The notes: a model not told the origin generated them from the letters alone. A stretch of DNA of 64,000 bases from Auanema rhodensis (GCA_964057225.1 OZ059898.1:12834001-12898000), one strand, 5' to 3'. Positions 11,007-25,336 are shown, counted from the first letter of the stretch. Numbers and translations are program-made.

Positions 11007-14000
11007 CTGAAAGATACTTAATAGGTAAGCAAAAGCATGTAAATGTTTCATAATTAGGAGAAAAAAAGCTAGGAGTAACAAGAAAAACAGGAAATCAAGA
11101 CAGAATTTACTCGAAAATAGGCATTACAGCAATAAAACTTTGGTTGGGAAACTATTTAGAAAACCATGCTTTGCTTCCTGAATAAAATTATGAAAATTGA
11201 GCTCCGAAATTGGTAAGAGATGTAGAAATTCAATTTTAATTCTAAAAAACATTCATTTTGCTTTGAGCCAAGCTTGAAGACAAGAAGGTGCTGGATGGAA
11301 ATAGCAAAGGGCATGTGAACGTTGCTGCCATCGGTCACATTCATAAAGTCTGTTATACTGAGAGAGGGAACACCCGCTTGTGGACAGTTTTCTCTACATC
11401 TCTAGCTATCTAGATCTAATGCTCAAAGCCAACAAATTAGATGAAAACTAACAAAAACATTGAAGAAGGAACATAAAACATACAAGTAAGTACACACAGA
11501 AAATCAGCAGCGAATTTGAAGAGGAGAAATTACGAAAGATATATAGAAGCATATACTCTGAATATAAAAATAAGAGAGTTTGAGCACTAGACAGAGAAGA
11601 GAATACCTAGACACATATGAATTTTAGGTTTTGCAAAAAGATTTTGAGAGTGAAAAACGGTTGAATAAATAAATGGAAAAGAAAGGCCAATGACAGCCAT
11701 GCTGAGGAAAATGGATTGTTTATGAGCTGATGGTTGTAATAACGGCAGAATAAGAAAAAAACTTTTTTTCCTTTTTTTTTTCTGTTTGGAGAAATGTTGT
11801 ATTATTCGAAATAATATGATTTTTATTTATATCGAATGGATTTGCAGTTAGAATATCCTAAGTACATCAAATGATATTGGTGTTAAATCTTTCAAGATGA
11901 ATTCTTGGAAGTAATAAGCAATAGCAATGCTTCTTCTACTATTTCTATTAATAGTTTAAGCTTTTAAAAACAATAATAAAAACTAATAAGCGAAATATAT
12001 TAGATAGTTATAGAGAAAAAGAAATAACGAAGAATTTTTCAAACATTGAGCTTTTCCCTGTTATTCTCCCAAAAATCTCAAATATATGTGTGTGTGTGTG
12101 TGTTTTCTCTATTAAAAACTATTTCTGTTCTCCTGATTACAGCTCTAGTCATGTGGCTTAATCCATGTATAGAAGTACAACAACGTTTCGTTTAAAACTT
12201 AAAATTAAAGAAAAAAGCAGCAGATTGTTAAAGGCAAGTGTTATTATACAAAATTTTTAGAAAGTTACTAACGCTATGGATGAAAAAAGAATAATTTATA
12301 GTCGATGAGGGCGGTATCTCAGAACAATTTCAAGCTCAAACAGATATGCCAACGTTTAGGTTGTCTCAAGAAAGATGATTGTATCCGGTCACGTCATCTG
12401 CGTAATCTTGCTTGTCAAAAAGTTGAATATTACCAAAAAGCGATATAGTTAACCGATATTTAACCTGAAAGGAAACAGATTGACTCGAGTCAGTTGACAC
12501 CAGAGCAACGTGCAACATGGACAGGAAAAAGTGACAATCAGCTGGAAAATCGTCGTCATGATTGAACCCCATTGAGCTAACTAACTTTTTGGGGCAAACG
12601 TTTTTGGTCTTTCTATAAGACTTACATCTCCATTTTTTTTTCTGAACCAAACGACAAACAATTTTAATTGTGTTTTGACTAAAAATAGCCAAGTAAGGTA
12701 AAAGAGAAACGTTTAGAATATAAAAATTATTTTTTCGTTATTGAAAATAGGTGGAACACACATATTCAAGCTAGAACACAAATAAAAGCATTTGGAAAAC
12801 ATGACGTAGCGCAAGTTTCCACACTTTCATCCGAAAAAAGACAAGAACGATGAATATCGACACTTTGAAGCTTAAGATTGGTAAATAAATAGTAATTTGT
12901 TCGTAGATACTTTGTATATCCTCATGTAAAAATCCTATTTTTCTTCATTTTCACAACCTACATATAGATGTGTTCATGGATTATTAAAGTAGTTTGATAG
13001 AGTAAACTACAACACTTCTTGTTATTTTCTTTTTTTTTAGATTTGCTGTCAATGTAATAATATTTCTGATTAAACTTATTAGAGATGTTCAGGCTTCTTA
13101 GGAAAATACAAAAATCGGCAGAGATTCCATCAATCCATTCATTCGATGATCACGTTTCATTTAAGCAATCTTGTAGTGTAGGAAAAGATTGTTTGTTACT
13201 TTTTATGGAGTTTAATAGCCAAAATACTGTATGAGATGTAGATAATTCTTCAAAAAAAGCGTTTCAAAAAAAGAGAAAACTTTCAACTTTGAAGGCAACG
13301 TATACATAAATTACAAAACGTCATCGAAAACTCCGAAATTGTAATCCTGTTCAAACTTCATGATAGTCGAGATGTTTGTAATCACATTAGTTGAAACTAG
13401 AACATCAGATTATCTGTTTGAGGGAAACCGTGTTTTCACTATTTCTCTGAATTGGAAAAAAGCAGGTGAAGAAAGAAAAATATAATATATGCATATGAAT
13501 TTCTGTGAAAAGTTTATTCGATTAGAAACATTGCTGAACAGATTTTAAGATGTTTGATACTCTTTTTTTTAGAGAAATATATTATATAATATTGTCTAAA
13601 TATTAATTATAATTACCAAAAAATATCTATAAAAATTAATTAAAAAACACGTGTTTTCTCAATGTGGCTTAAATCATTGGAGGGTGTCTCAAGCTTTATC
13701 AAGATATACCGTACACTGCTTCTGCTTCTGCTTCTTCAGTCGTTAATATTGCTAACAATGATGTGATTGTTTCTGACAAATGTATTTAATGCTGTTTAAG
13801 AGTGAGTTGGCCATCAACCTGTATTTTATGTCTTGGTTTTCTAAAATATGAAATGATGAGAAGAAAAATAATGAAGGAAATAATAATGAAAAATCAAATG
13901 ATGACATTTACAACAGAAAAACAACAAAACTGATTATGATCTTCATATAAATACTATTTTATGTGAAAACAGGCTTGCTGTAACTCTGCCAAAAGCCAAC

Positions 14001-15854
14001 TCTCCCCACCTGCCTATTCGTTCAGTTTCATGAGGCTAGTTGCCACTTCCCCTCTTTTCCCCTCCTCTTCAATTCTACTAACGTTTGAGCACATCAGCAC
14101 CTTCTTCGTTCCTGTCGTTGACAGAGTTTCTGAAGATTCTTTTCACATGTCTATGTCTCGACTTAGTCTCTCTCTCTTTGAAGATTTTTCGCTGCGACTC
14201 GTAGGTACTTCCCTCCCCCCTTCTCTCTTGTTCACAGTCTCGTTAGTTTTCTGTTTGATTTGGTTATTGTCAGCAAAAGTTCTCGCAGACCGGTCTGTGA
14301 AAAGAAATTTTCTGCCACCAGTTAAAGTTCGTTTCTACATGTTTTAACATAGATTTTGGACATCAATTTTTCATTTCATGTTAGAAATTTGGATCAAAAT
14401 ATTCTCCCTAAGCTCACCATATCAAACATACTTCCCAAATAGTTAGTTAACAATCTTCTAAAAGGTTTCTTCATTTTCTCATATATTTGTTCATCTCACG
14501 AATGATTAACATGTTCAACGCAATATTATCAGAACATAGATCAGTTTTTAAGAAAAAACAGTCTTTCTTTTTATTTATTCTTAATCTTTTTTTTTTCAAT
14601 TTTCATGACTATTTACTACAAATTTCATTGTAATTTCAATATTTTGAAAATCAAAAAGAAATATGTTATAAACCAGCTATGACATCATCTATTCGTCCTT
14701 CTATGAAATAAAGATTTCCTATTAGTTGATAGATCACTCCCACATATACATTCCATATCCTATCATATATTCCAAAGAGATATTCTCTAATCATCTATGT
14801 ATGTATGTTGATATGATTTAATAAAATTGTTCTTTTTCTTATTGTTATCGTGTCGAATAATCAAGTTATTTTAGTTTCACTTTTCACATATAAAGTCATC
14901 GTACATAGATGATTTTAGTACATCTTTAGTTCATATATTTTGTCTAGGTTCATCCAAACGAAATTAAGTTTACGTCATGTGTTTCTGTTGTTTCGCATTG
15001 TTGTTTCGCGCAAATATTTGCTTCATTTGATCTTTTGATATCTGAAGATTGAAACTTGAAAATAGATGTATGAATACAACCGATTTTCGTGTTGAGATAA
15101 TTATAAATGACGCCATATTCTCTCACGTGACCTTTCACGTAGTCACTTAGAATTAAAATGATATTACATCAAATATAGACAAAAATATTTTGAAAAATTA
15201 TTGTATTATGTTTTTGAATTATCGTTATATGCGATGTGCTAGCTAATTTTTTATTTCATCTTGTTCTTGTACTTGCTCTTCGTCTACTTCTTCTTCATCT
15301 TCATCTTCTTCATCTTCTTCATCTTCAAAAAAAGAATCCATTGATTAGTACTTTAGTTTTCATAGAAATCATCGGAAACTCTCTCAATCTCTCTTTCACT
15401 TTACACGTGACATATATTTGTTCTTTTAACTCCTTTTATCATATATAAACAAATGTATTTTCTCGAAACTTACGTGAACATACACGTATGAAAGCAGTCG
15501 TAATTGAAAAAAAATTTACAATATAGAACAAGATCAAAGTTCAAGTTAATCTTTCATCAACCAATACCTGACAATTTTCGTTCTTACATGCTCTCTAGCA
15601 GAAGGCCAATGACGACTTTTGACATTTACCACAGATTTCTTAAAGGGCAACTGATATCTAGCTTTTATGATATACATATCTATATATATATACAACGGAT
15701 TCGACCTATATTCAAGTTTGATAGAAGAATTAAATGACCAGTGACTAGAGTCTTGTCAATCACTTATTTGCTAAACATCCTTTACCTCTCCGTTCTCTTT
15801 TTTTCTCTTTCAAATGCTTTTAAACATGTCTAGCAGTCCACCCTCGCAAGTCCG

Positions 15855-16010
15855 TTCTCTCTCTCTCTTTCTCTCCTTTTCTCTCACCCTTTCTCTCTCT
15901 CTCTCTCTCTTTCTTTCTCTTTCTCTCACCCTTTTTCTCTCTCTCTCTTTCTCTCTCTTTTTATCTCTTTTTCTCTCTCTTTCTCACTTTCTCTCTCTTT
16001 ATCTTTCTAT
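15855..16010. repeat. Imperfect (CT)n microsatellite
   Basis: Visible CT/CTTT run; explains spurious ORF 15814..16062. Confidence 0.9.
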
Positions 16011-17271
16011 AAACTTCATTCGTATTTCTTCGCGAACTCCCTTGTTCATTTCCGTGGCATAACCATAAATGCGGATGAAATAGTTTCAATACTTTGTTTG
16101 TCTTACCTTGTTTGATAACAAAACGAACTTTTTCACCAACTTGAATTATTTTATCTTACCAATTGTCAATTTATTTTCCAATGTAAAAGAAAATCTCTTC
16201 GTTGTTTGGCTACCAGAGTAATAGACGTGTTTCATTACTATGACGAAATCATTTCTTCGTATGCCTTGAGTAAAAGTTTCATCGTAATCTAAAATGCCAA
16301 GAACCTCTGTCAACATACTCATAATGCTGTGATGGACTCCATTTATCAAAAAGTTTTTGTTTTGATTTTTCAGCCTACACTCTTAATATGATAAAGGATG
16401 ATAACAGGAATTTCCCGGCTATTGCAACCAGACAATCATAACCACAACATCAGCCGCCTAAGGTTCTAATGATAGGAACAAATTACCAGGAATATCGTGA
16501 ACACCAATAATGTCATCAGCAACTTGATAGCGATTACGACGAATTGAGCCTGACCAGCCGCAGACGAATAACGGTCATCTCCACTAGCATCAGCGAACTA
16601 CAGCGTCCGACACCTCGGTAATCAAGTTCAAACATCGATTTTTGTCTTTTTTATGTTTAGTGTAGGAAGAAAGCGTCTTCCCCTATCTATTTCTGTATCT
16701 AAACTTAGTCAGTTGAAACGTTCTCTCGTTCTCTCTCCCAATTCTCTCGTTCTTTGTACAGTATCTCTCTATCTTTTCCTTTCTGCCATTTTATCACCCC
16801 TACCTTTTTCACTTCCTTTCGAAGTCTTTCTTAAATTTAGTTTCAGTTCTATACACTATATTTTGCCTTTTTTTTTATATTATCTTCGTTGTTTCGATTA
16901 TCAAGCACGTTTATGGCAATCAGCTAATCAATTTTCGCTGTATCCACTTAATTGTTTGCTGCACCTACCTATGTATGTTGGTGTGGTTTCATCTATAGAT
17001 TTTGTATTAATTTTTTTAGAGACTAAGCTATTGCTGAGCTGGCCATCCTACTTATTCTAGTTCATATTGTCATAGATATTTATTCTGATATCGTTTTTAC
17101 TATACTTTGCTATCAAATAATAATTTATTCTGTTATGTTGGCTTTCAAAAAAGTTCCAACTTTTATGTATGGATTTCCACTACATAATCACGGACTAACT
17201 CTTGGTGCACTGTATTCCTGTTTTCATAAATGTCGATTTGTTTCCATTTCCGGCATCTCCGTTTATTCCAT

Positions 17272-17278
17272 GTCTCTG

Positions 17279-17309
<31 letters not shown>

Positions 17310-17428
17310 GTCTTTCTCTCTCTGTCTTTCTCTCTCTATCACTCTCTCTCTCTCTCTGTCTCTATTTTATCTTTCTCTCTAACTCACTCTCTCTCACTCT
17401 CTCTTTTTTCTCTCTCTCCCTCACTCTT
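17272..17428. repeat. Imperfect (CT)n microsatellite
   Basis: Visible CT run; explains spurious ORFs 17135..17512 and 17202..17438. Confidence 0.9.
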
Positions 17429-17889
17429 TACTTTTTGATAATCAAACGACTCCACTTCTTGTATTCTATCTCCTATCAGTTTTTGTTTTTAAAATATATT
17501 TTGTTTCCATGAAATTATTATCAAAACAAATGATATCCTCCCTCTCTATGAATTCAATGAATAGAAGAGACTAATTTCTATTTTTTTCTTTTAAATTTTC
17601 TAATTTTACATACAAAAAAGAGAGATATATACATACATATATATTAATATATGTTTAAATTTCGCGTTGCCATGGTTAAATGGAGTATATTTTCAAATTG
17701 AAAAGTCTAATCCTTTGTCAACTATGCGTCTGTGTTTTAAACATTTTGAAATTATTTTTCTGGTTATTATGATCACGTTTCTCCTTTTTGTTTCACAAAA
17801 AAAAAACTTTTTTTTAAACTTTTGTCTGTTTAGAACAATTTGAAATATTTTTTTGGGATTTCTTCTCTGAGTCGCTAAATCTATATACG

Positions 17890-20800
17890 ATGGCTCTACT
17901 AGTGACCAGCAACTCACCATCGCCATCACCTAAAGATTCCGTTTACAGTCCATTCTCATCATCAACCAAAGAGTATGTAGTAGTAATAACTCAATTTGAA
18001 AATATATATGATATAGAAGATAATCACTTACATATTAACGTGTCAAATTAAGATTTATTTTGAAGATTTCATAGGCGAACTTCATTTTCGTTATTGGCTT
18101 GATCGTGTTTCCATGATAATACACATGATCTGTCTTAGTCTTTCTTTCCTTCTGCTGTTGCTCCTTCTCCCTCTCTTTCTTATTCAATCCATATCTTTCA
18201 TTTTCTCTTTTAATTTCCTTCAATTACTATAATATTTATGTACAATATAATGAGTTTATATTCAAAGTAGAGACTTTATTGCTGGTCAAACGACATATCC
18301 GAATAATTTAAGATATTGAATAGACATATAGCAAAAGTATAATTGTATATTATCTCAAGCAAACATCATTGATCATTCATCACTAGGTTGTTTATTTGTA
18401 GATATTACTCTACTATATTTAACACATTTTGTAAATGGTTAGATATACATATATACATATATATATATATCAGTTTGCGTTCTTCAATTTATAGATAAAG
18501 ACAATATAGATCAAACTTCTAATTGATGTTAACGAAGAATGCTTATTGTCTGATGCTTATGTCCACTTTTAGCTTTTCTTTACAATCTACTTTTTCTCTC
18601 TCTCTCTCTCTTTCATATTTTACGTATTGTTTCTCCTTCTTTACATGTGTATGGTGATGCTACTTCTCCACCCCCCTCTCCTAACTTCAATGGTCATGAT
18701 CAAAAATAACATAATATTCAGATGAAAGTGCATGATAAGACGACAAAAAGTCAAGATACATACGTTCAACTCACTGTTTTAAGTTCTGTCTAATCAATCA
18801 TCCATTTTTGGTTATTTTTTCTCTTACCATATGGATGAAAAGGACAGTTTATCAGAAGAAAAACTATAAAGATCGCAAGCAAAACCTTGTAGTTTTGGTC
18901 GTGAAGCTTAGAAGATAAGCTTTCGATTTACAGTTTCATTTCAAATCACTATGTAACGTTCTAGACGTCACATATGATTAGTCGTCTCAGTCTTTCCCAT
19001 CCTTATCAAAGATCTTTCCGTAACCATCTGTGCTGATTTGAGCAGTTTTCTTTATTAATAGTCCTTTATAAAGTTATCAGTACTCACATTATTTTTTATT
19101 CTCCTTCTTCTCGCTGTTGTTTCTTGTTCCTCAGCACACACCACTACCGAATGTGAGCAGGTTCTTGCTGAGCTTTTTTTGATTGCACTACATGCAGAGA
19201 GTCAGTCAAGCGATTCATCCAACGAAACAACCAGCCAGTGTATGTATGTGTATGTACTGGATGGTGTGTGAAACATGTATTCCCTATTTTTATATATTTT
19301 GATCCTATTTCAAACTTCAGAAATCATTTCTTAGCATAACAAAGCAGATAGAAAAATGAATTACACTGATTTAGGCTGTAAAAATAGTCAAAAAATTTGA
19401 GAACACATGATGACTTATGATGTAGCAGTTGTAGCGGATGGTATGATACCATATGAAGATGAAGATGACGATGAGACCTATCATGACTTGTATAAGCCAC
19501 CGAAATATCAATCGCTTGATGAGCCAATGATCCTAATTGAATCCAAATATGACACACAAAAGTGATTATCTATACTATATTTTTTCGTATAATTATAGTA
19601 ATTATTATAATTATATGAGAAGATTCCATTTAAAATTCAGTTTTTGGAGTTTTTTCATCTGATTTCAGGGAGATGCGTGAATGCCGAGTATGTTCAGATA
19701 GAAGCGATGGAGCACATTTCGGTATAGATTCCTGTAGAGCATGTGCAGCTTTCTTCCGCAGATCCGTAGTCATGTCCAAATCCTATGTGTGCAGACAGGG
19801 AGGAAATAATTGCATTATCAACAAATGTTATTTCATACTCTCACATTCAGAGTAATAACTTTTTAAATTTCAGCTGTTAGATGTATGTGCCGCAAGTGCA
19901 GAATGAGAAAGTGCTTAGAAGCAGGAATGCTTCCTGAGAGTAAGCTCTTTTTCAATTATTTTACTGAAATCTAAGAAACGTATGTCGCCCGATTTGTCTA
20001 GAAAACTTTTCTTTTTCCTTTCACAATGATAACTTGAGATTGCAATTATGATCAAACGAATCACTTACACGTCATATTCATTTTGGAAATGACTTTGAAC
20101 GGTTGAATGCATGCATTACGAAAGATTTTATGAAATTATCACTGATATCAGTTGAAAAACAATCGTATTTGTGAAGACATAATCTTTAAATTTCGTTTTA
20201 AGATGTACAAAATCGACGTGATCCTATTATACCTCGACGGCAGGATGATGCCATACATATGGCATCATCATCTACCTCAGACATGGGAGGAACTCCTAGT
20301 CCATCAGATAATGAGACTATCGTATGTCATAAATATAAAAAAATCAACTAATTCTTTGTATCCTCTTAATTCAGAGAACAGGATTTCAAATCGTTTCTCC
20401 TACTAATGGAACATTCACTCCATTTCCTTCAGTTATTAAAAATCCCCCAGAAGAGCCATTGTTATTGAATAAGATACGAGATGGCTATAGGTATGTGTCA
20501 TCATTTATCTTTCAATTTGAGAATGCACATTCAGAAACCTATGTGCAATCCGACGTGGTATTGAATTGTCTATGAATCCATCTATAATCAAGGATATGTT
20601 TTCAAGCGAAATAAGGAGTGAAGTAAGTTCTAATACTCACTCACGAACAAGATGATATGGTAAATACAATGATTTTCAGCAATTTTTACCAGCAACAAGT
20701 AAATCAACGTCACAACTATATCGACAACATATGCCCTCCATATCAACTTTCGTAATGGACACATTTCATGAGTTCAATATGCTAAAAGAAGAAGATAAAG

Positions 20801-21772
20801 TAAGAAAATGATTAAAAATCGTCCGATAATTACTTTTTTCTCTTCCAGTGGTCTATTTTCCAACCATTTTTGGCTCATTTATGGTGCCTTGATGGGGCTT
20901 ACCGTACTTACAAGCTAGAAAAAGAAATGCCTGAAGTATTTTCCAATAGGTCAGTCTACTGTTTTCAATATCTTTTGAAATAATTTATTTAATATATTAG
21001 ATATATGATCACTGAAACAAGATATGTCGATCTGAATAATGTAGATTTTTTCGTATCCGATTCACCAACTACCAAAATAGGCATGGCTAATTTGGTATCG
21101 TAAGTTTTACAATATTTTTGTTTTTATAAAAAATAATTTAATAGAATTATATACTATACAATATTACTGTAATTTTCTAGTATGATGAGACAATGTATGA
21201 ATGGACCCAGACTGAAAGCTTTGAACTATATGAGAGAAATGTCTACTAGCGATGAAGAAGTTGCTGCTCTAATAGCTCTCCTGCTGTGGAATCCCAGTAA
21301 GTACAATATGAGAAAAGAACAACCCAATCTTTTTTTTTTCTTTTTTTTTTTTGATTTTTCATATATAATCAACTTCTCATTTGATAAATTTAGATGTCGA
21401 AAACTGTTCAACTGAAGTCGCAGCTTTTCTAAAAGAGAATAGAACCAAGATTTTCCATCAACTGCATTTATTATACAAGTAAGAAAATTTTTTCAACATA
21501 AAATTTAATAATTTACATTTAGATTTAAAAATCTTGACAATTATGCTGAACGAATGGGAGATTTGATGTGTCTCTTTACGTGTCTTTTGGTACTTTTTTT
21601 TTAATTTTATTTTATTACTTTGATTATACCGTATTTAATCATTTTATTATTCTACTAACTCAAATTATTTCAGCATCAAACTACAAGAATGAGAGAAGAT
21701 ATGGAGCTATTTAATATATTTGATGTTTTTGCCGAAGATTCATTCATTTATAATATGATAAAACAAAAATGA
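17890..21772 (+). CDS. Nematode supplementary nuclear hormone receptor (C4 zinc finger plus ligand-binding domain)
   Basis: CRVCSDRSDGAHFGIDSCRACAAFFRR (P-box CRACAA), CMCRKCRMRKCLEAGM, LBD motif EEVAALIALLLWN, stop 21770-21772. Upstream exon 17890-17972 (MALLVTSNSPSPSPK..., phase 2) splices in frame to 19669; an internal ATG lies at 19673. Confidence 0.9.
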
Positions 21773-21830
21773 TATTCAATTCTAATATGTATTATTATTA
21801 ATTTTGTATATTTTCTAAGTAATTATCAGG

Positions 21831-21858
21831 CAAACAAACAAACAAACAAACAAACAAA
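21831..21858. repeat. (CAAA)n tetranucleotide repeat in the NHR 3'UTR
   Basis: About 7 tandem copies visible. Confidence 0.85.
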
Positions 21859-22615
21859 TAATTTCTATATCTAATTCTGAGCTCAATGAAATCAAGTCAT
21901 ATGTTCATATGTATATTACCTGAAGCTTTATTCAAAATAATTGTTTGTTATATTATATTATATATGTCTATATATGTGTGTGTATTAATATTTGTGAAAT
22001 ATATTTAAAAAAATTAAAAATTAATTTTATTATTTCTTTTTAATAATCTTGTAATGAAATATTTATGACGTTAGCTTATACATATCAACATTATCTAATT
22101 AGCATATTAATTGTTTTCATTTCTTTTATTGTGAGCACTCATACGGTTGTTTCTCCAATCAATTACAAAAGAAAACCAATTTTAATAAAATATTATAATT
22201 ACTTTTGTTAGAAAACAGTTCACCAAATTGAATGTTTTTCTTTTCTATCTGTGCTTTCCGGAACAAGGATCACGATTGTAAACCATAGACCAGATACTGT
22301 CACCGCCGTTTGATGATGTTTCATCAAATCGTCCTATCAGGTGGTCTGATTTCTTTTCCTTAGTTTTTACATAAGTTGTTTTTTGCTCATTTATACTTCC
22401 GTAGCCGGTATTTGATGACCCTGATCATCACCATCAACCAGTTGTGGTCACGTACATATTATTTTCTAATCGTTCATATTTGCTTGAGGTTTCATCATAC
22501 GCTGATAAAAGTTGTATCACTTTGCAGATTGTTTCAACATTTTCTTTTAAAATGATGATATTAATATGATTTAACACATATTCTATATGTTGAAGGTCAA
22601 ACTCGGAACAACCTC

Positions 22616-22705
22616 AGCACTTTTAGCGTGGTAGCAAAGCGATGGAATTGTGCAAAGGTTACGCCGTATATTGGCCTAGAACACTTGGTGGTTCGATTCC
22701 GCGCA
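22616..22705 (+). other. Degenerate tRNA-derived (SINE-like or pseudo-tRNA) element
   Basis: Perfect B box GGTTCGATTCC at 22690-22700 and an A-box-like TAGCGTGGTAGCAAAGCG upstream; no complete cloverleaf. Confidence 0.4.
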
Positions 22706-23000
22706 GTTATTCAAGACGATCTTGACACCTTGTTAGATTGTCTGTAAATCTGTGCAATAGCATATGTTTGACTTATTCCTGGAAAAGTGATTATTGATAG
22801 CTTTGACAGTGATGGAAGAACTATATTTCTTTGCTATTTGTGAATTGTATTAAAGTTTTCATATAGATTAAGTTATCGAATTTATTATCATGTTGAGCAT
22901 GGAAACTAAAGCATAGCCAGGAGGCCACTAGAAGATTTGATAGTGTTTCAATCATCCATTTTAAAACAGAACTTTAATAGCATATAAGGAAGCATGTCGT

Positions 23001-24523
23001 TTAATAGAGACGGCTGCTGAATCTATCAAATCTGTTGGTATAAGAATAGTTTCCACGGCTCAATGAAGAAGACAAATTTAATTCCTTTTCACGTCGTGAA
23101 GCCCAGGTAGCAGGTGACAACCAGTACTGTAATAAGATCATTTAGCAATGCATAAATTAATGTTTATTGATTAATAAGAAATTCATACCTTAGACAAAGT
23201 TCCAACGGTCATACAACGCTTCTTGTACATATCAACAGCGTCATCGAGTGGCATGTATCTATGTAGTACTCTTCCATCAGCTTGTAATATAAAATTTAAT
23301 AATACCTAATATAGCTCTTTCCAGAAGATGAAGAAACTGGAGGGCGGGCTGATTGGGAACGCTCTGGCTTGGTGAATAATCCGGTGTTATAGGTATTAAG
23401 TCTGCCTTCGATCCATCTCTTGGTTCCCATATCACGGATTCCTCCTTTTGATGGATAGATCTAAGGCGAAACAAACAATGATTATAATTTGTCGTTACTT
23501 ACGGAATCAGATTGAGTAAGAAGAGCAGCGCTAGAGTCAGAGTTACCGTAACTGTATCTAACATATGGATATCTATAAATATTTTAAAATTAATTATACT
23601 CATATTTGGTTTTATATTCAAAATTGAAACTCTGCCGAAATTTACGAACTTGTCCATATAGTGAGGTGTGCTTCTTTGAACTCCTACATTGTGAAGTGGT
23701 GCAGTAGTTGTTAAAGCAGAAGCGGCAAGAGAGCGTCCAAATAAAGTTGATCCTGAAAACATCAGTGTTGAGATTGGAAAATGTAAACTAAAAAAAGAAT
23801 ACAAACGATCTGCATGCTATTCAATCAAATAAAAAAATGTATTCCGGCAGACACTTCACGTAAATTTGTGGTGACGTGGACTACGTGGCCAATACGCAAA
23901 TTATTCCTTTTCGTATAACGTGGTTGTCCAAAAGCCAACAAAGTAAAAAAATCTTTACTTTAGCCGAAGTTCTGTACAACTAGCACGAGTGAAAAAGAAA
24001 CAATTTCCGAAGAGAAACATGGAATATCGATTTGAAAAATTAGTGAAAAAGCAAATAAGAGTCGGTCCGGTGATTAGATCACATATATGAAGAAATGCTT
24101 TTGGACATTTCAGCAACATCAGTTCAAGTGATTGTGCTCATCAACATGCGGGTGAATAAGCTCAAGAAACAGGTGCTCGTAGCCATCTTCTTTTTACAAA
24201 AATAAAAGAAAATAAAAAAAACCAACAACCGTAATAGCAACAGATATGGGCAAATAGTGAGTAAAGATACCACCCGTACCACATTTGGATAGGCTGCGAG
24301 ACATGTATCCTCCACCATATCCATAACTAGGAGCAGAAATACGGTTTTGTGAACTGAAACGGGCAACAGGAGTTCCGGAAAATGAATTCGATCTTAAAAA
24401 TATAAACAAAATGAACAGGTGAAAAATATGTTTACACCTCTTCATAGCAGTAGAACGAGCATCACTTCTTGAACGAGTAAGCGGAGAAATGTGGTGATAG
24501 CTGGGAGAAGTAAGCAAGTCCAT
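23001..24523 (-). CDS. Uncharacterised S/R/Y-rich protein (about 240 aa)
   Basis: Exons splice in frame: MDLLTSPSY...RSNSFSG...KYPYVRYSYG...RYMPLDDAVDMYKKRCMTVGTLSKYWLSPATW...SSRLY*. The link between the 24.3 kb and 23.75 kb exons is less certain. Confidence 0.7.
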
Positions 24524-25336
24524 GTTCGATCGTCTATAAAAAAATTTATTGAACACTAGTTGGAAGAATTGAAAAGAAATCGGGAGATAAATGAAAACAA
24601 CAATCGGCAGAGAAACTGCTTGCACCTTCAATCTTAAAACAAGGATGACGAGCTGGCAATATTCGCCAGAGAGAAAAATCAATGGGAAAGTGAGATCTTC
24701 GATTTCGAAAAATGTAAAACAATAAAGATGAACCGTTTTATGAAAAAATTTATTGAAAAGAAAATCCTTCAGATTTTTAAATACCATTCAGCGATTAAGA
24801 ATTATGAAACCATACATGTAAATTCTGTTCTAGTAACCATAATAATCTACCCGTAGGAAAGTTAAGAAAGAATAGAATTGATTAATCTTAACATGGTCAC
24901 AGGGAATATGAACAAAAAAACAAAAACCTCTCAAAAATGAAAAAAGAGGAATTAAGAAAATTACAAATAATGCAAACTATCCTAAAGCCTTCAGAGAAAA
25001 CGAAGGAGAGTAGGCGTGGAAGAAACGGCACTCACTTTACAACAGAAAACGAGGGAGATGAGAAAAAAGAAAGAAGAAAATCAGCATTTGGCAGATGCCT
25101 CGAGTATTGAAACAGCTACCAGAGCACATGCTAGCATGTGAAAAAAGAAGTGAGGGAGGAGAACGAATTCCAAGGAAACATTTGAAAGCAGGAGAGTATA
25201 ACGTGACATTAGCAGTTAAAAGGAGGAATAATGAGGGAAGTCGTGGGGCAAAAAAGAATAAGCTTCAAGTTGAATATGAGCGTTTCGGAACCACATATAC
25301 ATAGTTAAGAATTTACAAAAGTACGTTTTTATTTTA

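Noticed and set aside
11156-14347. Scattered ORFs (11156..11344, 12366..12692, 14030..14347)
   Set aside because: No consistent splice model or homology; some may be unresolved 5' exons of the single-pass gene.
15814-17512. S/L-rich ORFs 15814..16062, 17135..17512 and 17202..17438
   Set aside because: Translations of CT microsatellites.
19192-19243. Another possible NHR 5' exon (MQRVSQ...)
   Set aside because: Donor phases from this ATG do not match the phase-2 acceptor; unresolved.
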